A DNA stretch of 64,000 bases from Candidatus Woesearchaeota archaeon. Lineage in GTDB: Archaea > Nanobdellota > Nanobdellia > Woesearchaeales > 0-14-0-80-44-23. A model generated the notes under the pieces. The model saw nothing but the letters and a program-made list of their open reading frames with translations, was not told the DNA's origin and did no database searches. The position numbers and the translations under genes were made by a program. The stretch is from NCBI GenBank assembly GCA_038874135.1, contig JAVZCZ010000001.1, forward strand, positions 512,001 through 576,000, given 5' to 3'. Shown here in pieces: positions 1 through 9,668 of the stretch (position 1 is its first letter; every line of letters begins with the position of its first letter).

Positions 1-569
1 GAAACGGGGTATGAGCAGCCTAACGAAAGGTTCAGCACGCGTGGAAATACCACTATTGAACTCAGATTTACAGGGCATACTGCATCTGCTCCATCGCAGT
101 TCTCATCAACACCATTTCCGCAGATTTCAGAATTTCCTGGATACTTGTTAGGATTAGCATCATCACAATCAAATGGTCCTTGGGTGCATACACCGTTACT
201 TTGATAATAGCCATCCTTGTCTCTGTCTATGCAGGCAAGCACTTTAATTATTATTGAATAGTTTTCAGTGTTGTTTAGAATGTCTCTGTAGGTTATATTC
301 AAACTATAAGTCCACCCGAAGTATAAGTTGGATGCTCTGTACTGGTAGGAAGTATTATCTTCAGATGTACTTATATGGCTTAGTTCCAGTTCACTTCCGT
401 AAGAATTGTAAAGTTTTATGCTAAGTATTACTACCGGCTCTTCAAATTTTATTTTTATCAGGGGTTGTGTAGAACCGGTTTCAATTGTTTGAGGTTCTTC
501 TTGCGCAAATCCTGGCAGGGCTAAGAGGAGTGTTAAAATGGTAAGATATAGAACTATGTTTTTTTGCAT
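1..569 (-). CDS. Secreted protein with MopE-like Cys/Asp repeat (partial, runs off the window start)
   Basis: Not in the ORF track. Hand translation from ATG 569 (AGGTGA SD upstream) gives signal peptide MQKNIVLYLTILTLLLALPGFA and motif DCDDANPNKYPGNSEICGNGVDENCDG; open to position 1. Confidence 0.8.
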   Translation of the reverse strand, partial: MQKNIVLYLTILTLLLALPGFAQEEPQTIETGSTQPLIKIKFEEPVVILSIKLYNSYGSELELSHISTSEDNTSYQYRASNLYFGWTYSLNITYRDILNNTENYSIIIKVLACIDRDKDGYYQSNGVCTQGPFDCDDANPNKYPGNSEICGNGVDENCDGADAVCPVNLSSIVVFPRVLNLSLGCSYPV

Positions 570-605
570 CCCTTCTATTCACCTCTTTTTTAAAAAACGC
601 TTACT

Positions 606-3600
606 TTATTCAACTGTTACATTTAGCACACTTGGAGCCCTGGTGTTTATTTTGAAGTGTGAATTTGCAGCGTTTGCCTCTGTTATTTCTGTGTTATCTG
701 AGGTTGTTGCATTTAAGGTTATATGTGCAAATTGTCTTATCTTGTAAAGTTTTGACTGGTGAGTAATGGATGGAACTATGACTATTTTGAATTCAAAGTT
801 TGTATTGTCTGCAGTGATAAAATTAGAGATTGTCTCATTATAATCCCCGTTGTTCAGAGCATAACCCACACTGTTTAGGGTTACTGGTTGCGTGAAATTT
901 AGCCAAACCCTGTATTCGCCCTTTCCCATCATTGGCAGCCCTTCAAAAATTATTGAATCTGGGAACTGCACCTGTACTTTAACATTCGGCAGGTAGTATA
1001 GGTTATATGACTTTTCTAACCTGTTAGACCCTTTTTGGCAGCTTAGAGTAAATAGGTAATTAGAGTAGTTTAATCCTTCAAAGTTTACCTGGAACTCTTG
1101 AGCTTCCCTGCTGAATGTGCTTGATTTAACCTTTTGCTGAGCGTCCTTGTCAATCGTGAATGTACATGTTGCTTCCTTATTCAACCTTGCCATAACGCTC
1201 AAGTTGTACTTGTTTCCTGAAGGAGTGTAAAAATATATCAGATTGTCAGGTAGCCTTAGAGAATCATCGGCAAATGTTATCACTATCTTATATGTTTGCA
1301 GGGACTCTTGATTATAATAATCATCTACTGCATAATATCTAAGGTAGTATACTCCTCTTTCAGTCAGATCCCTTTTTGAAATAGAGTAGTTTACAATATC
1401 GGTTGTGTCGATGTTCCAACTTGTCACATTATCCGGGCAGCAGTTCGGCTCTTTTGATATGCAGTATCCAAACTCTCTAACTGTCTCGCTGAAGTTGAAA
1501 TTAACTGTCAGCTTATTAGTATTAGCATCATAATTCCAAGATGTCACATTTGTAACGGGAGGAGTATTGTCTGACAGGCATCTCTCAGTGAGAGCAAATT
1601 CTTCGCGCGTGCAATCATTCTTCCCATCAAAATTTGCATCCTTCAAACAGATTGAATTAGCAGCATCCCATACGCACCTGAGCTTTTTGCAAGAGTCAGT
1701 AGTTGCATTAGTCCTTACAGGCTGTCCTTCTGGGCAGTATTCAAACTCAGAATAGGATGGGTTGCCCTCGCATTCTTCCCTGCTTTTATACATTGTGCAG
1801 TTCAAATTCTGGATTTCAGAGCAGGACTTACAAGTCCCGTCCTCCATCTTACAGCTTCCCAAGAGGGAGCACGCTTCAGGAGTGCATCCTGAAAACAACG
1901 AGTTACACCTATCACAATTACCTTCTGGAGGTACTGAATAGCATATTCCCATGTTCAGCTCCTTTATAGTGTCCGTCCAGTTACATTGTATGCCGCAGTT
2001 GTTATTCAGACATGCTTCTTTTGAGAGAAATTCTGAACATCTGAGGTTTGCCCTGCAGGAATAGCACGCGTCTATTGTTGTTTGCGAGAAGTCGTAGTAG
2101 CAGCTTTTTGAATCGCAACTATCTTTTGAGTAGAATAGACCAAGCGGGTTTCCGGAAGAGCGACACTCGTCTGGTTGCACGCATTTTGTGCCAACATGAG
2201 CATCTCTCTTTTCAAGAGCGCAGTAGGTATTAGCGCTGATTTCTGAGCAGTTCAGAGTAGCATACTGCGAATTAGAAGAGTTTTTATAGACTAAAAGTTC
2301 ATTGGATATCGGCTCGTTTGAGGAATTGCAGCTGTACCTCAGGTTTGCAGTTGGAGTGTTTTTGAGAAGTTGTCCCGACCTTTTTTCAATGCAGAACTCA
2401 TCCATTGGGAATACTCCTTCACAGAGTTGACTTCCAGTTGTGATCGTGGTGCTGTTTGGTGCCGAACGGCCTCCGTTGTAGTATACCGCTGTAACTGCGT
2501 ATTTATATGTAGTATTCCACCTAAGGTCTTTTGCATCGGTGTAGCTTTTACTTAAAACCTTTAATGATTTTTCAAGCGTGAATGAGGATCCGGATTTTAT
2601 GCTTCGGTTTACTTCGTAATATGCGATTTGCGGGTCGCAAGCAGTTTCCCAGCTTAGCTGGATGTCTGTCCTTCCCTGAACTGGTTCTGCTTTCAAATTT
2701 GAGACCTTAGGATTATTGCAGGCTGGATCAGTTGAAGAGTAAAGTGTGAAGTTCACTTCATCGCCCACTTTCATATTCTGCTTTGAAGCTGGAGAATAGC
2801 TGCTTTTGTATGCTACCAAGTCGTAATAATCTTTTGTAAGATTACTCTTCTTAATTTCATAATACCCGTTTTTATCAGTAACGGCTCCCACGCCTGCTTG
2901 CACTAAAACAACATATGCGCCTTCAATAGCTCCTCTGGTTGAGTTCTTGACATACCCGTAAAATAGGAGTTCTTGTGATGGAAGGTTCCCTCCACCCCCT
3001 CCTGCTGAGGCGCATTGCTCACAGCACACCTTTGTGCTATCAGCACAAGTCCTGTCTGCAATTGGGTAAGTATTCTCAGAGCAGCTGTCACAACATTGGT
3101 AGGGAGCAGTACAGTTAGATGTGGTATTTCTAGCATAACACATTCCATCAGAGCCGCACTGCAGCCCGCCGCATCCTCCGCAGTATGTGCAGTTTGAGAT
3201 TATGTCGCCCTTTTCCGTGCAAAATAGCGGGCTGTCATACACTCCTTGACCAACAGGATTACCCATGCATCCCGGAGTGCACCTCGGATTAGAATTTCCA
3301 GCGCACTCGCCCTCCTGATTTTCCTTTATGCAGTTTTCTGGCTGCTGCGAGATGTCGCATTTGATATTTTCTTCATTAATTTCTAGGTTTAAACTTGCTA
3401 TCTGCATATCTATGAGATTTTTAGAACCATAGTAGCATAACTCCTGATTGTTGGCTGTTATCTTGCAACAAACAGTCATGGTATAATATGCAAGAGAGCT
3501 ATCCTGGCAGCTTGTGCTCTCAAAGAATATAGTGGGACTAGTAAGGTCATTACATTCATCTTGTGAGACATCATCATAAAATGTTGGTCTTAGCCCTAAG

Positions 3601-3740
3601 GCTAAGTCGTCTACTATGCAGCAGCCTTTACCGCTTGAACTTAAACTCATAATAAATATGAATATGCTTAAAAAAGACAGAGTGATTACAGCTCTTCTTA
3701 GATGATTCTTCAGATTGGCTTGCTTGCGAGAAACATTCAT
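606..3740 (-). CDS. Large Cys-rich surface protein with carboxypeptidase-regulatory-like, FN3 and Ig-like domains
   Basis: N-terminal hydrophobic segment; GYVKNS..GAIEGAYV..TDKNGYY beta-sandwich; FN3 pattern (LSW...Y.V.R...YTD..L..NTTYKYAVTAV); many N-x-S/T sequons. Confidence 0.75.
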   Translation of the reverse strand: MNVSRKQANLKNHLRRAVITLSFLSIFIFIMSLSSSGKGCCIVDDLALGLRPTFYDDVSQDECNDLTSPTIFFESTSCQDSSLAYYTMTVCCKITANNQELCYYGSKNLIDMQIASLNLEINEENIKCDISQQPENCIKENQEGECAGNSNPRCTPGCMGNPVGQGVYDSPLFCTEKGDIISNCTYCGGCGGLQCGSDGMCYARNTTSNCTAPYQCCDSCSENTYPIADRTCADSTKVCCEQCASAGGGGGNLPSQELLFYGYVKNSTRGAIEGAYVVLVQAGVGAVTDKNGYYEIKKSNLTKDYYDLVAYKSSYSPASKQNMKVGDEVNFTLYSSTDPACNNPKVSNLKAEPVQGRTDIQLSWETACDPQIAYYEVNRSIKSGSSFTLEKSLKVLSKSYTDAKDLRWNTTYKYAVTAVYYNGGRSAPNSTTITTGSQLCEGVFPMDEFCIEKRSGQLLKNTPTANLRYSCNSSNEPISNELLVYKNSSNSQYATLNCSEISANTYCALEKRDAHVGTKCVQPDECRSSGNPLGLFYSKDSCDSKSCYYDFSQTTIDACYSCRANLRCSEFLSKEACLNNNCGIQCNWTDTIKELNMGICYSVPPEGNCDRCNSLFSGCTPEACSLLGSCKMEDGTCKSCSEIQNLNCTMYKSREECEGNPSYSEFEYCPEGQPVRTNATTDSCKKLRCVWDAANSICLKDANFDGKNDCTREEFALTERCLSDNTPPVTNVTSWNYDANTNKLTVNFNFSETVREFGYCISKEPNCCPDNVTSWNIDTTDIVNYSISKRDLTERGVYYLRYYAVDDYYNQESLQTYKIVITFADDSLRLPDNLIYFYTPSGNKYNLSVMARLNKEATCTFTIDKDAQQKVKSSTFSREAQEFQVNFEGLNYSNYLFTLSCQKGSNRLEKSYNLYYLPNVKVQVQFPDSIIFEGLPMMGKGEYRVWLNFTQPVTLNSVGYALNNGDYNETISNFITADNTNFEFKIVIVPSITHQSKLYKIRQFAHITLNATTSDNTEITEANAANSHFKINTRAPSVLNVTVE

Positions 3741-3858
3741 TTTTCACCAGCTCTCTTTTTTAAAATTTTGTATTGCTAAATAGCAAATTCATTTAAAAAA
3801 CTTTCTATGTTAGATTAGGATAACTTTTTTATATAACCCCTGTTTTCAAGATGGAACC

Positions 3859-6800
3859 GTGGCAGAGTTAGCGAAGGAGTACAACTTCAGCAGGATAGAA
3901 GAGGAAACTCTGAAGTTTTGGAAGGAGTCTGGAATAAATGAGAGGATGCTCTCCGCCAAGAGAAGAAAGATATTCTCATTCTTAGAGGGACCTCCCACTG
4001 CGAACGCCCCTCCAGGACTTCATCACGCTGAGGTTAGAATCTTTAAGGACCTCGTTTGCAGGTTCAAATTCATGCAGGGCTACGCCGTTCCCAGGAAGGG
4101 CGGTTGGGACTGCCATGGGCTTCCTGTTGAAGTGCAGGTTGAGAAGCAGCTTGGCTTGAATTCTAAAAAGGAAGTGCTGAATTATGGAATTGACAAGTTT
4201 AATCAGAAGTGCAGGGAGGATGTCTTCAGCTTCATAGGCGCTTGGAACGAGTTTACTGAGCGCCTGGCATACCTTATAGATTTGAAAAATCCCTACAGGA
4301 CTCTGGACAACGAGTATATTGAAAGCGTATGGTGGTCTCTCAAGGAGCTTTACAAGAAGGGGCTGCTGTTTGTAGATTATAAGGTAGTGCCCTACTGCCC
4401 GAGGTGCGGAACATCCCTGTCAAGCCACGAGGTAGCACTGGGCTATAAGGATGTTACTGAGGATAGCGTGACCTGCAAGTTCAAAGTTAAAGGGATGGCT
4501 AACACTTACCTGCTCGCCTGGACTACAACTCCCTGGACCCTGCCCAGCAATTTGGCTCTGGCAGTGCATCCGGATTTTGATTACGCATTTATCGCGGATG
4601 GGGACAACACATACATAATGGCAGAAGCCCTTGCAGGAAAATATTTTGACAGGCCTCAGATTGTTAAGAAGGTGAAGGGCTCCGAGCTTATAGGCGTGAG
4701 TTACGAGCCCATATTCCCATACTTTGCTGAAAAATTCAAGGATTCTAATGAGAAGGCGTTCGTAGTTATAGGTGCCGATTATGTTACCCTGGAAGATGGG
4801 ACTGGGATAGTTCATCAGGCTCCTGCTTTTGGCGAGGACGATTTTGAGAGCTGCAAGCGGGCTGGCATTGGCTTTGTGAATCCTGTTTCTGAAGATGGCA
4901 GATTTACTTCCGAGGTTTCTGATTTTGAAGGAATGTTCGTTAAGGATGCTGACCGCAGGATAATAGAAGTGCTTCAAGAGAGGGGAATCCTTTTCAAGAA
5001 GGAAAGGTACACTCATGCATACCCTTTCTGTTGGAGGTGTAATACACCCTTGCTTTATTATGCTAGGCAGTCCTGGTTCATAAGGGTTAGCCAGTTCAGG
5101 CAGAAGCTCCTTGAAAAAAACTCTGAGATAAGCTGGTATCCGGAGCACATAAAGGATGGAAGGTTTGGAAACTGGCTGGAAGGGGCAAAGGATTGGGCCC
5201 TCTCAAGGAGTAAGTTCTGGGGGACTCCCCTGCCGATTTGGAAGTGCCAGAGCTGCGGTGTTGAAGAGGCAATTGGAAGCGTTGCAGAGTTGAGAGAGAA
5301 GGGACTTAATGTTCCTAAAAATTTGGACCTGCACAAGCCGTTCATAGATGAAGTAAAACTTAGGTGCAAGTGCGGGGGGGAGATGACACGAGTTCCAGAT
5401 GTTATTGACTGCTGGTATGATTCGGGATCTGCATCCTTTGCCCAGTTCCACTACCCTTTTGAAAACAAGAGGGAATTCAGAAAGAGGTTCCCCTACGATT
5501 TCATTGCAGAAGCCACTGACCAAACTAGGGGCTGGTTCTATACTCTGCATGTTTTAGGAACGCTGCTGTTTGATTCTCCAGCATATAAGAGTGTTGTATG
5601 TGCAGGTCTTCTAGTGGATGAGAATGGAGAGAAGATGAGCAAGAGCAAGGGCAACATAATAAACCCCTGGGATGCATTCAGGGAGGTTGGCGTGGATGCT
5701 GTAAGACTCCAAATGTGCTATACCTCCCCCGGGCTTCCGAAGAAGTTTAGCTACAAGCTGGTTAGGGAGAGCGTTTATCCATTCATAAATGCCTTCTGGA
5801 ATTCAGCATACTTCCTCTCAGAGTGCATAAAGGGCAAGGAGTTGAAAGAGGTAAAGGAAGTAACACAGCTAGCGTGCTCATCAAAATCTAAGGATAGGCG
5901 TAAGGGCATCAGAGCATTAAAGGAGATGAACCTTCAAAAAGAGGACTTATGGATAATCTCAAGAGCCAACACTACTGTTAAAGAGTGCACAGCCGCCCTG
6001 GAGGGAAATGAGTACCACAACGCGTTGAAATCGCTCATACAGTTTGCTGTTGAAGACGTTTCAAGATGGTACCTCAAGTTGACAAGGAGAAGGATGGAAA
6101 GCGGCGACCCTGCAGCAATTGCTTCAATGCTTTACGCATTAGACAGGCTATGTAGGATGACCGCACCACTAGCCCCTTACATCAGCGAAGAGATTTATCA
6201 GAAGCTCCTGAGAAGTGTAACATCTGAAAGTGAGAGCATACATGAGTGCAACTGGCCCCAATTTGAAAAGCTGTTGAATAATAAGAAGTTGGAATTTGAA
6301 ATGGAATTTGCCAGAAAGGCTGTCACTTCAATACTCTCGCTCAGAGATGAAGCAAACATGGGTGTCAGGTGGCCTCTCTCAGAAGCAACATTCGTTTCAG
6401 CAGATTCAAGCATTAGGCGTGCAGTAAAACGGATGGCTGGAGTTGTTTGCACTCAAGCAAACATAAAGAAGCTGAGAATCGTTGCTAGAAGCAACAAGAT
6501 AATTTCAGAGATAAAACCTGAATATGCCAAGCTGGGACCCGCCTTTGCCAAGAAGACTCCGAAGGTTGTGGAGATTCTCAGAAATGAAGATCCTAAGAAG
6601 GTGATATCTGACATAGAAAGAACTGGAGAGTTTAAGATAAATGTGGATGGTGAAGAACTCGCAATAAAGCCGGAGCACCTTGTAATTGAGAGAAAGGCAT
6701 CCTCAGGATACCTGCTTGACTATGAAAATAATTATGCTGTGCTTTTACACCCAGAGTTGAATGAGGAGCTGATTGCAGAGGGCTACGCGCGGGAGATTAT

Positions 6801-7035
6801 AAGACGAGTTCAGGAAATACGAAAGAATCTTGGCATGAAAAAGGAGGACAGAATAATACTTTCAATTTCTTCAGCAGAAGAAGCCCTGAGACTTATAGGT
6901 AAGGAAAGGATAATTTCGGAGATAAAGCAAATAACCGGCTCCTCAGAGTTGAAAATCTCAACATCAAAGGAAGCGGGTGCTGAAATTTTCAAGATAAAGG
7001 ATTACGAGTTCTGGATAAGCATATCAAAAGTTTAG
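3859..7035 (+). CDS. ileS: Isoleucine--tRNA ligase (type 2, GLHH signature)
   Basis: EGPPTAN..GLHH, GWDCHGLP, WTTTPWTLP, DQTRGWF, KMSKS; long type-2 C-terminal region. Confidence 0.97.
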   Translation: MAELAKEYNFSRIEEETLKFWKESGINERMLSAKRRKIFSFLEGPPTANAPPGLHHAEVRIFKDLVCRFKFMQGYAVPRKGGWDCHGLPVEVQVEKQLGLNSKKEVLNYGIDKFNQKCREDVFSFIGAWNEFTERLAYLIDLKNPYRTLDNEYIESVWWSLKELYKKGLLFVDYKVVPYCPRCGTSLSSHEVALGYKDVTEDSVTCKFKVKGMANTYLLAWTTTPWTLPSNLALAVHPDFDYAFIADGDNTYIMAEALAGKYFDRPQIVKKVKGSELIGVSYEPIFPYFAEKFKDSNEKAFVVIGADYVTLEDGTGIVHQAPAFGEDDFESCKRAGIGFVNPVSEDGRFTSEVSDFEGMFVKDADRRIIEVLQERGILFKKERYTHAYPFCWRCNTPLLYYARQSWFIRVSQFRQKLLEKNSEISWYPEHIKDGRFGNWLEGAKDWALSRSKFWGTPLPIWKCQSCGVEEAIGSVAELREKGLNVPKNLDLHKPFIDEVKLRCKCGGEMTRVPDVIDCWYDSGSASFAQFHYPFENKREFRKRFPYDFIAEATDQTRGWFYTLHVLGTLLFDSPAYKSVVCAGLLVDENGEKMSKSKGNIINPWDAFREVGVDAVRLQMCYTSPGLPKKFSYKLVRESVYPFINAFWNSAYFLSECIKGKELKEVKEVTQLACSSKSKDRRKGIRALKEMNLQKEDLWIISRANTTVKECTAALEGNEYHNALKSLIQFAVEDVSRWYLKLTRRRMESGDPAAIASMLYALDRLCRMTAPLAPYISEEIYQKLLRSVTSESESIHECNWPQFEKLLNNKKLEFEMEFARKAVTSILSLRDEANMGVRWPLSEATFVSADSSIRRAVKRMAGVVCTQANIKKLRIVARSNKIISEIKPEYAKLGPAFAKKTPKVVEILRNEDPKKVISDIERTGEFKINVDGEELAIKPEHLVIERKASSGYLLDYENNYAVLLHPELNEELIAEGYAREIIRRVQEIRKNLGMKKEDRIILSISSAEEALRLIGKERIISEIKQITGSSELKISTSKEAGAEIFKIKDYEFWISISKV

Positions 7036-7078
7036 GTTTATCAAAAATTTTTTATACTCCTTGAAACAAGTGTTAAGC

Positions 7079-7564
7079 ATGCGCCTGGCCTCAAAAGACA
7101 TTCCACTCTCAGAGATAACACTTAGGAAGTATGAAAGGCCAAGCTCTTCTGACAGGAGAGAACTTGTCAAAAAGCTGTGCCTATCCATAGGCCTTCTAAA
7201 TCCTGGAGACTCAAGAGATGTTGTTGTAGATATACTTTCTACACTTATGGAAGCGAAGAAGAAAAAGCGCTGGATGAGGGCTGAGGATATAAGAGACTCT
7301 TTAATCAACAAGAGGAAAGTTAAAAACTCTCCAAACTCAGGATGCGCACTTTCAAACATTAGAAGGCAGCTTCTACGCTTGAGAAATATTGGTCTTGTAG
7401 AAAAATCCAAAAACAAGTACAGAATAGTTGAATTTGGGGTTCTGCCAGAAATTTTTGAGGAGAAAACGCTGAGATACATCGTGGAGCCAGCTCTTGAAAG
7501 GATAAAAGAGCATCTTTCCGCCGTGGAAAACGCTTACTGTCTGACGAGAAAACAAAAACTTTAA
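7079..7564 (+). CDS. Conserved hypothetical winged-helix protein
   Basis: SNIRRQLLRLRNIGLVEK..NKYRI wHTH-like pattern; ATG 7079 preferred over TTG 7061. Confidence 0.6.
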   Translation: MRLASKDIPLSEITLRKYERPSSSDRRELVKKLCLSIGLLNPGDSRDVVVDILSTLMEAKKKKRWMRAEDIRDSLINKRKVKNSPNSGCALSNIRRQLLRLRNIGLVEKSKNKYRIVEFGVLPEIFEEKTLRYIVEPALERIKEHLSAVENAYCLTRKQKL

Positions 7565-7592
7565 ATACCAATTAAATATTAGAGGAGAAGAT

Positions 7593-7637
7593 GGGGTTTT
7601 GTGGGGGGAAATTGCTTTGCAATTCCTCAATAGCCCC
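7593..7637 (+). promoter_or_regulatory. 5' leader hairpin of the small basic repeat-protein gene
   Basis: GGGGTT..GGGGGAAATTGC-TTT-GCAATTCCTC..AGCCCC inverted repeat between TTTAAATA (7560) and SD AGGTGA (7649). Confidence 0.5.
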
Positions 7638-7660
7638 TAAAAAACAAAAGGTGAGAAAGC

Positions 7661-7903
7661 ATGGAAGTAGTTGCAAAGGTTGGTGTGAAGAAGGAAGACG
7701 GCTACCTGTATTTTATAGACAAGCAGGGAGACATCTCCAGAACAAAGATGGTAAGAGGAAGAGCCAAGAAGGGAAAGCAGAAGGCAGAAAAGGTTGCTAA
7801 GGTTGGAGTAAAGAAGGAGCCAGGATACCTCTACTTTGTAGACAAGAAGGGAAATGTCGCAAGGGCCAAGATGGTCCGAGGCGGAAGAAAGAAGAAGAGG
7901 TAA
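7661..7903 (+). CDS. Small very basic protein with two internal repeats (putative nucleic-acid binding)
   Basis: Two copies of VAKVGVKKExGYLYFxDKxGxxxRxKMVRG; strong SD; T-rich tract after the stop. Confidence 0.85.
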   Translation: MEVVAKVGVKKEDGYLYFIDKQGDISRTKMVRGRAKKGKQKAEKVAKVGVKKEPGYLYFVDKKGNVARAKMVRGGRKKKR

Positions 7904-7942
7904 AAAGAGCTAAATTTTCTATTTTTTTATTACCCTATATTT

Positions 7943-8278
7943 TTAGAAAACTCTTGACCTTCTCAAAATAGCGTCGAGTTCGGACTTGAGAAATGGTTTT
8001 GAAGGATTAAACATCCTCTTAAACTCTTTCCCCCTGAAAAGCAGAACCACAGTGGGAACTCTTGAAACTCCTAGCTGCTCTGCGAGGTCAGGATTACCGT
8101 CAATGTTGGAATTAAAAAAGAGAATTTTTCCTTCATACTCAGCTGAGAGCTCTTCAAAAGATTGAGAAAAACTTCTGCAAGCACTATCCCATAAAGTTGT
8201 AAAGCTGAGCGCCACAGGCAGAGAAGATCCTAAAACGTCCTTATCAAAATCTAACTTGTCCGCATTCTGAATCGGCAT
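7943..8278 (-). CDS. Thioredoxin-fold protein with atypical WDSAC active site
   Basis: Trx features (NIDGNPDLAEQLGVSRVPT, cis-Pro); CxxC replaced by DxxC; ATG 8278 just after the serS stop. Confidence 0.8.
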   Translation of the reverse strand: MPIQNADKLDFDKDVLGSSLPVALSFTTLWDSACRSFSQSFEELSAEYEGKILFFNSNIDGNPDLAEQLGVSRVPTVVLLFRGKEFKRMFNPSKPFLKSELDAILRRSRVF

Positions 8279-8282
8279 AAGC

Positions 8283-9566
8283 TCACCTCTCAGCACGAAT
8301 CTCGCGGATACCATTCATATAGGGTATTAGGGCTCTTGGAATTAAAACAGAGCGGTCCTTCTGCTGATAATTTTCAAGTATAGCCCTCATTATCCTAGAA
8401 GTTGCTAAGCCAGTATTATTCAGAGTGTGCACATACTCCTTAGAACCATCCTTCTTCCTATACTTTATGTTAAGGCGAACTGCCTGGTACGAGGTGCAGT
8501 TTGAACATGAAGTAACCTCAGCGTACTTCCGCTCTCTTGGAAACCAGGCTTCAATATCATACTTCTTAGCAGCAATTATACCTATGTCTCCAGTGCAAAT
8601 GTTCACAACCCTGTAAGGTATCTCTAAAGCTTCAAGCAGCTCTTCAGAATTCCTCTGTATCTGCTCGTGAATCTTCCAGGAATCCTCCGGCTTACAAAAA
8701 ACAACCTGTTCAACCTTATTGAACTGGTGCATTCTGAAAAGCCCGCGTGTGTCAACCCCGTGGCTTCCAATCTCCTTCCTAAAACAGGGGCTTATGCCAA
8801 CATAAAATATTGGAAGCTCACTCTCATCAAAAACTTCACCAGCGTGCATCGCAACTATGGGATGCTCAGAAGTTGCAATCATAAAGAGGTCTTCACCTTC
8901 TATTTTGTACATCACATTCTGAAAATCCTCAAGAGATGTAACGCCCTCATAAGCCCTTCTGCCAAGCATAAAGGGAGGCTCCACAAGCCTAAACCCCTTC
9001 TTAAGAAGGTGATCTATTGCGAATCTCTGAAGGGCCAGGTCTAAAAGTGCAAGCTCGCCCTTCAAGTATACAAAGCCACTTCCAGAAACCTCGCCCGCCT
9101 TCTTAAAATCTGCAACTCCGAGCTGTTCTGCAAGCTCCCCGTGAGGAAGGAGCTCAAAATCAGGCACTTTTGGAAAACCCCACCTCTTAACCTCAACATT
9201 TTCTGAAGAGTCCTTCCCAACAGGCACAGAATCGTGAAGCATATTAGGAATTCGCATACGGTAATACAAGATTTTTTCCTCTATTGAAGCGACCTCTCCC
9301 TCTATGAGTTTTATCTGCTCGGGAATTGACGCTGCCTCTTTTAAAAGAGCAGAAACATCCTTACCCAATTTCTTATTCTCATTTATCTGCTTGGAAATAG
9401 AATTCCGCTGAGCCCTAAGCCGCTCCAGGCTCGAATTTAGTGATTTAAGCCTTGAATAAAGCTCAACTATCTCGTCAACCCACTTCTGCTTTTCCAGGTC
9501 ATTCCTCTTCTGAAGATTGCGCTTCACAACTTCAGGATGCTCTACAATAAATCTCAATTCCAACAT
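8283..9566 (-). CDS. serS: Serine--tRNA ligase
   Basis: N-terminal coiled coil, TSE, FRKE..GLFRMHQFNKVEQ, EVTSCSNC, HTLNNT.LATSR. Confidence 0.97.
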   Translation of the reverse strand: MLELRFIVEHPEVVKRNLQKRNDLEKQKWVDEIVELYSRLKSLNSSLERLRAQRNSISKQINENKKLGKDVSALLKEAASIPEQIKLIEGEVASIEEKILYYRMRIPNMLHDSVPVGKDSSENVEVKRWGFPKVPDFELLPHGELAEQLGVADFKKAGEVSGSGFVYLKGELALLDLALQRFAIDHLLKKGFRLVEPPFMLGRRAYEGVTSLEDFQNVMYKIEGEDLFMIATSEHPIVAMHAGEVFDESELPIFYVGISPCFRKEIGSHGVDTRGLFRMHQFNKVEQVVFCKPEDSWKIHEQIQRNSEELLEALEIPYRVVNICTGDIGIIAAKKYDIEAWFPRERKYAEVTSCSNCTSYQAVRLNIKYRKKDGSKEYVHTLNNTGLATSRIMRAILENYQQKDRSVLIPRALIPYMNGIREIRAER

Positions 9567-9668
9567 CTTACTCGCCCATTTACAAATACCTTAGGAAGTA
9601 TAAATAATTTACTAATGATTGGAAAAAATGGCAAAATTTTTATATGCACTACTAAAAATTTGCTCGCT

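Noticed and set aside
8175-8195. Selenocysteine in the thioredoxin
   Set aside because: The codon is GAT; no in-frame TGA.
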